A stretch of DNA of 57,716 nucleotides, filler included, from Sphacelaria rigidula (Eukaryota): NCBI GenBank assembly GCA_964200075.2. It is 8 parts of 8 records of this genome, joined end to end, with 100 filler letters (N's around TTAATTAATTAA, not from the genome) between each part and the next. Parts side by side here need not be neighbours in the genome. Positions count along the whole stretch, not along the records: positions 50,590 to 57,716 come from CAXNAA020016358.1; 7 more parts are not named here. One strand, given 5' to 3'. Positions 52,005 through 57,716 of this stretch are shown here, one piece after another; positions within the stretch are counted from its first letter, which is position 1; the number at the start of each line of letters is the position of its first letter. The notes beneath the pieces are model-generated. The model was not told where the DNA came from and did not search any database. It saw only the letters and a program-made list of their open reading frames with translations. The translations under genes were made by a program, and so were the position numbers.

Positions 52005-52320
52005 AATATTGTATTAATCGTCTAATCAAGGGGAAGGTGCCCATCTACTCAAAAGTTTGGGCCTATATTATTTTCTCTTTGATTAAACCCCATGTCATTG
52101 TCTAGTAATTCCTATACCTAAAGGAGATATCGCCAATAGTAAAATCTCTATGAAACTCCCGATCCATGCATTTTGCGGATGACGACGAATTTTGGTGTGG
52201 AGAACCACAAACGAGTGCCGAATAATAAAAAAAATGGGCCTCCATTTTTTTTTTTCATAGAGGTTAGGGCGTTTTCGTGAAGAAATGGTCTTTACCATAG
52301 TAGAACGCCCTAAAAAAGAG
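52005..52320 (-). repeat. Dispersed repeat family A, internally deleted reverse copy
   Basis: Reverse complement of parts of 845-935, 6935-7060 and 6485-6600. Confidence 0.7.
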
Positions 52321-52964
52321 CATGGGTCTGCAAACCTCAAATCCGCCTCTAGGCTGGCTCAGCTCGTACAGATCTGTCTCAGGTCTTACACGCCTCCGGC
52401 TATGGTACCATGAAATATGTCGATATTTTCTAGAATTTCGTCCTTACTTTGTTCCCATACGAGTAGTGACCACGGAAGGCGTCCGCATCATCAGATGTCG
52501 AGTACGAATGTACCGCGCAGATATCGGAACGGTTTTTAATGTGAAGACAACAACAACAACATAGGAAAATCTCGCCCAATGCTTTCGGGGATCCCCCTTA
52601 TCGGCTGAACGCATCATTCACAATAATAAGGAAGATTGATTTTTGTGTTGCGAACCCCGGATTCAGTAGTAGAACGGGTACCGTCGCGAAGTCCGGGCCA
52701 TCGCATTCTCCAGGTGCAGTAGTTTGGAATAAAATGAAAAATAAATGTCAGGTCTCCAAGGTCTCACCGCAAGCAAGCGCCCCGCTGTTCTCCAAGTTAT
52801 TTGTACCGGAAGGAATTAATGAAGTGGCTCGGGATCTGGAGTCATCACACGATAATTCTTTCATTTTTGACAGTTTTTGATCATATTTCCCCCGATAATT
52901 GGTCGACTAAAAATGACTGGTTGTCACCTTTGAAGTTTATGCTATTTGCCTTAATTAAAGTCAG

Positions 52965-53407
52965 GTGTGTGTTGTGTGTGTTGTCGCCCCATCCACAGTA
53001 CATTATGTTAGTATTATTCTGGACGCCAGTCTACACCTTTTTTTGGTCTATGCAGTACTATTATGTGGGCGAGCACCAGGCGGGGTCAGGCAGGCAGGAG
53101 GAAGACCAAAAGAGGAGTTTTATCATTTTTATTTTTGTTTTAGTTCTCCACCCTCCTTCTTCTGCGGTCATTGTTGCCTTGTTTCATATCGCAAGAGGGG
53201 TTCAGCACCCCCTCTCCCTCGTCGACCGTGAAGTCGAATTTTGTGTACCCACGAGATAATCGATCTCCACCACCGCTACTACTACACTGTTGTTACTTCT
53301 GAACTGTTGGGCATGGTGCGAGAAAAAATACGAGATCGTATGACTGCACCGAGCTTCGAACCCACGGCCAAGGCGTGAGAACAATTCGAGGTTACCAACT
53401 GAGCCAC
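52965..53407 (-). mobile_element. tRNA-derived SINE family 1, diverged copy
   Basis: Shared GACGCCAGTCTACACC, CCCTCGTCGACCGTGAAGTCGAATTTTGTGTACCCACGA and GGTTACCAACTGAGCCAC blocks. Confidence 0.8.
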
Positions 53408-53509
53408 ACGAATCAAGCATGGCCCCTACGGGGTGAGCTGTTGTGGCCCAGTTAAATCAATTGAAAACTAACCGTGGAAAAACTCGACAAAATGGTTTTT
53501 CCTCTGGAC

Positions 53510-53560
53510 CAAAGGGTATGACTCTAGCCAGGATTCATACACTCAGAGTCATACCCTTTG
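53510..53560. mobile_element. 51-bp micro-MITE (hAT- or P-type ends)
   Basis: Perfect 16-bp TIR CAAAGGGTATGACTCT, 19-bp spacer, and perfect 8-bp TSD CTCTGGAC (53502-53509 and 53561-53568). Confidence 0.85.
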
Positions 53561-53828
53561 CTCTGGACCACTTGAATGTCGGTGGGTTCGGCCCGGTCCG
53601 GCCATTCTATCCCCGTACCCCCAATCCCCTACCCCCTGATTACATTTGGAGGCGTGTACCACACGTTTTTTTTTTTTTTTTTTAGTGACCTTTGGGCGGG
53701 GCCCGCCGTGGATTTTTCACCTTTTTGGGCCAGATTTCCACCGCACTTCTGTGCATCATTTACAACAAGGTCAGCCTACCTACCTCTCTTCAGCAACAGC
53801 TATCGACCCAAACCACAAAGATCCCGAG

Positions 53829-55677
53829 ATGTTTTCACTTAATCCGCAGGCGACGCCCTTCACACCTTCGACCTTCAGCATTGTCAAGGTGCCAATCTAC
53901 AATGACGGCAAAATTTCGGCTGTCAGGGTGCTTAACTCCGACGATTTCTCAAGGGAATTCCTCCACGACTTCGACGTGTCGATGGTGCCAGATGAAGACC
54001 TGTGAGTATACACGGCACCTGTACTGGGATATCCTCCCGTGCTGTAGCGCGGTCTACGTTGCCGTTCTTCCGTGCCTGACTAGTGTCTATAAGGAGTGTC
54101 GCCTTTTAAAAAAAGACGTACAGACAGTCGCAATATTATCATGTTTGTGAAGAGGATCACCGTTCTCCGCCTTTTCTCGATTCTCACGCCGTCTTGACGC
54201 GTGTATTCTCCGCGTATGCCTCTGGGCTGGCACCTGCGGCACGCTTGAAGCTGTTGACTCCAGACGTAGCCTACGCTGATCTCTTCACCGTTGTCCGAAG
54301 GAGCATATGGCTCAAGTTTATTATTTCTTCGGGGTGGTGTCTACTCGACTTGGTAAATGTTTTACTGACCCCCACAAACCTGCAAACCTGTTCCTGTTTT
54401 TTTCTTGTGTTCCGTGTCCTTGTCGTGTGCTATTTGCTCTCTTCCTTCGCCGTTTGTACGTTCTAACGGGCCCTCTTTCGGACTCCAGGTTCAACCCTGC
54501 AGTGTACCCGGTATCGGAAACAGGTGAATAGTGACGAGAACCATGCCATGCGCGTAGACCCATGGTGATATCTCAGTTCGTCTTGTGTTTTTGTTGTGGT
54601 CTGGGCGGAGTGGTGCATCTGCGAAGAAAAATGAACAATTGGCTTGATCGTTGGCATTTTTCCGTCGTGAAGAGGAACATCGACTTCGAGTACTTCAACA
54701 ACGATGTTCAGCTGCGTATTTTGGCTCTCTTTTCCCCATCATGTGTTCTATAGATCACGAAGAGCTGGCAGCTGTGGAGGCTTTCAACGAAGAAATGGCA
54801 GAGTTGGAAGACCTCGAGCACCACGAAGAGCTTCACTTGCTTCTTCAAGACCGCATCAACGGTGAGGGGCACCAGAGCCGGAGTCGCTGGCGTATAGACA
54901 TGCTGTTTTATGGTTTGTACCCCTGACATCCTGTAGATGACACCTCCCGAATCTAGAATAGCACACAAGTCGTGTGACCAGATGGATGTTCGAGAGATGT
55001 TCAAAGTACTGGGCTGCAACTGACGCTGGCTTGCTTTGATGCATGCCGAGGTCAGATAGATACTTGCGGTTTACATTGCTACTGCCTCACTTTACTGGGT
55101 GGTCGTTGTGTACCTTCCGTTTGCTTCTCTGCTGCAATTATTTCGCGCGCATGCAATGACACGTGTTTGTTCTTTTGCCACAACCTTGCGGAAGCGTGTA
55201 GCCAGCGTGGTTGTGTCTCAGCTCGAAACGCCCCGCGTTATCTCCTTCCCCTGCTGAATACATTCGGTTATGTATGCACAGCGTACCTCGTACCCCCTGT
55301 ATCGTCAGGTTGAAGCTTGTTGTCCGGCACCTCGGTAGGACCAAGTAATCTGGGCGTACATTGTCGCAATAACTCATGATACCTCTGAGGGAACGAACTG
55401 CCACCTCGTGGTGTGCGCCAAGCGCGTTGCTTGAGAGTTTTTGTTCCAAAGCCGCTCCCTTTTACTTTCAGCCTGACCGCTGCCAGTACTCTCAGTTGTC
55501 TTCACCTGGGCCCTCATGATAAATCGTCCCCACACCCCTTCTGGTTTGGATCAAACACATTGCGTTATCTCCTAAGCTCTACAACACGGCATCAAGCAAC
55601 GGCCGGCCAAGATCACAGGTCTCACAGGCGCCGTTTTCAATTCGAGGGGTTCGAGGGGGGCATCGCCAGGGCTCAAG
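53829..55677 (+). CDS. Protein with an N-terminal PAM2 (PABP-interacting) motif and an acidic helical region; 3' end unresolved
   Basis: Phase-consistent exons 53829-54001, 54489-54523, 54754-54861 and probably 55612-55677 give MFSLNPQATPFTP...VPIYNDG...PDEDLFNPAVYPVSETDHEELAAVEAFNEEMAELEDLEHHEE.... SLNPQATPFTP fits the PAM2 consensus xLNxxAxxFxP. Confidence 0.75.
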
Positions 55678-55997
55678 GTGCGAAATGGGTCTGTCAACAG
55701 GTATAGATGTGATGATGTAATCCGACCCGCTGCATAGTAGACGTCGGTTGGGTCAGCAGGTCCCGCGAGACTTGGAGCCGCCTCTCATGGGTACAGGTGT
55801 AGATGTAGATCAGGAAACGCTCTAGCAATGAGTTTCAACTTGGGAGAGTGTACTCTCCCACAAAATTCCAGCTCACTTTTCCAATATTTCGCATCTCCGG
55901 TGTGACTTTCTGCCCTGTTGATATTATGAGCGATTTCCCTTACAATATCAAAACATTGTATGCTGTGAAAACTCTTCCAATGCGCCGCACCTCTTAA

Positions 55998-56095
55998 CTC
56001 TTAGACCGCGAGATAAGTCTTTCTGGATCATGCATACTTTATTTCACTCGAAATTGATGCCGATTCAACAGAAGACTAACCTGGCGGTCTAAAGG
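55998..56095. mobile_element. ~100-bp piggyBac-type MITE
   Basis: TTAA on both sides (55994-55997 and 56096-56099); homologous to 23261-23362. Confidence 0.75.
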
Positions 56096-56899
56096 TTAAA
56101 TCGAAAAGGTGTTATGGATAAGGAAATATTAGCAGTGACGTTTAAATGACAACCCATCAGATCGAAGCTCTCTTCCACTGCACCTTTTCAACCGAAAAAT
56201 AATTATCGAAGACATGGAGTAAGACGCATGCCAACCACCGGCGCTAGTATCAACACCCCCCACACACCCTAATATCCATTATTTTCAGGTATTGTTAGGG
56301 GCGGGTGAAACCAAGATTTGATATTGCAAACACGCATGGGGTATTTGTGAGGCAGGGCATGGGTTTTCTGAGGTTGGCGTCACCTCCCGGTGGGTTGTGC
56401 TGCTTCACCCGGGCGTCTTGACGAAATAGTCACGAACAAACCCCGACAGCGACAACTTCGCACCAAACCCTGATGTACACTCGTGAACAACCCCAATCCA
56501 AATGCGCAGGTGATCCTCATGAACGTTTCATTTCCCGTGAAATGAGTAGCATCTTTCTCTTGAGGTTTCGTTTCAAACGGACTGGTCGAAATACTGCACA
56601 CCTTGGACAATATATGGTCAAAAGTTGCAATAGACAAACGTACTGCACAAAGTATAGGCCTATTGCGACTATTGTCGGCACGATGGGCTCATACTTCATG
56701 CAGTAAGTACACTTCTCGTCTAGCACATCTATTGACCATGTATTGTGCAGGGTGTGAAACACTGCACTAAAATTCGACGATCTGACAGTATGATCAACAC
56801 TCGAATTAGCGTAACCGGCGAGCCCGGCTGCGCCTCGAACAAAACGGGACTTCCAGCTGACGGCCGTGAGGCCCTCCAGGTATTGTGTAAAGTAATTTG

Positions 56900-57716
56900 A
56901 GTACTTTGAGACTATTAGGACACGAGAGTAAACTCGTCGGACTCAACGGCACCATTCTATGCGACAAGAGTCGAGTCGAGTTGCCTTCGAATGAAACGCC
57001 ATATGGTGTGATATTGTCATACCAACGGGCTTTGCGGATTGTGTTAACAACCATCGCTCGGGGAAGACTTGCACTCTCCAGGGCGACTCCATGAAACCCG
57101 TTCATTCTTGCGGGACCAGTCGACTTTCGACCGGACTCGCAACTCTTCATGCAGCCCCTTGATTTTTTGAAGCAGACAACTCAATGAATCTCACAGAAAC
57201 TTCAAGTTTGTCTTGAGAAAAAACTGCAGCCTTCGAAAATGCGGAAATGTTTTGAAACCGTCTCAACGAGTGAAGCAAGTCGGTCCGAGGTGTAAAGATC
57301 TGCTTTGCCCTTTTGTCGAGCGTTAATCGCCGAAGGACAAAGAAAATAATTTTGAAGATTTTTCTTCTTTGCCATACAAAGCGGCATCATGGGCTGTCTT
57401 TCCTGTCCACGCCATTCAAGTTGAAATGACCACATATCGAATCGGGGTTCGTCTTCCCCACCATATTTTTCGGTTTCAAGAAATGTACCAAGATGTGCCC
57501 TTATTGTGACTCATCTTTGAATGTACTCCCAGTCCTGTAGTGTCATGATCAAGCATGATTTACGATAGCGCACATTCCGGAAGAGTTTGACAGTTTACCC
57601 AACATTCCCATGTTGCAATTTTCGGCAAGTAGCTACGAGCTGGTCCAGCTGTAAATAGAGCACTTCCCGAGAACACCACAACTTGTCAGGTTTGCCGAAT
57701 CAGTGCGAGTTGAGCA
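56900..57716 (-). pseudogene. Decayed DDD transposase, Sola-type
   Basis: Minus strand reads EVLYLQLD, then AENCNMGMLGKLS (frameshifted), then KLFRNV...SCLIM....EYIQR*VTIRAHL. This resembles the LYLQLDN..ENKN ... SFL.VGHTHEDIDQ.FS pattern I recall for Sola-type transposases. Multiple stops and frameshifts; judged by eye. Confidence 0.45.

Overview
This is not one locus. Seven identical 100-bp linkers (N44-TTAATTAATTAA-N44) recur every 7,227 bp and split the window into eight contigs of exactly 7,127 bp: 1-7127, 7228-14354, 14455-21581, 21682-28808, 28909-36035, 36136-43262, 43363-50489 and 50590-57716. The DNA is eukaryotic: short GT-AG exons sit in long, repeat-filled introns. The architecture suggests a brown alga or other ochrophyte (inference). 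Most ORFs in the supplied track are spurious, so I spliced gene models by hand. These give a GH114 endo-alpha-1,4-galactosaminidase-like gene, a multi-IQ-motif/polyQ protein, an N-terminal PAM2-motif acidic protein, a partial ABCG-type transporter, the first exon of an SDR, and three unidentified fragments. The rest is a dense mobilome: two tRNA-derived SINE families, TTAA-flanked piggyBac-type non-autonomous elements, a GAG...CTC MITE with 4-bp TSDs (Sola-like), a decayed Sola-type transposase, a Mutator-type MITE, a 51-bp micro-MITE and several unclassified repeats. I see no CRISPR array, rRNA, intact tRNA gene or multi-gene system. The best leads are the intron-containing GH114, the Sola-like MITE/transposase pair and the SINEs.
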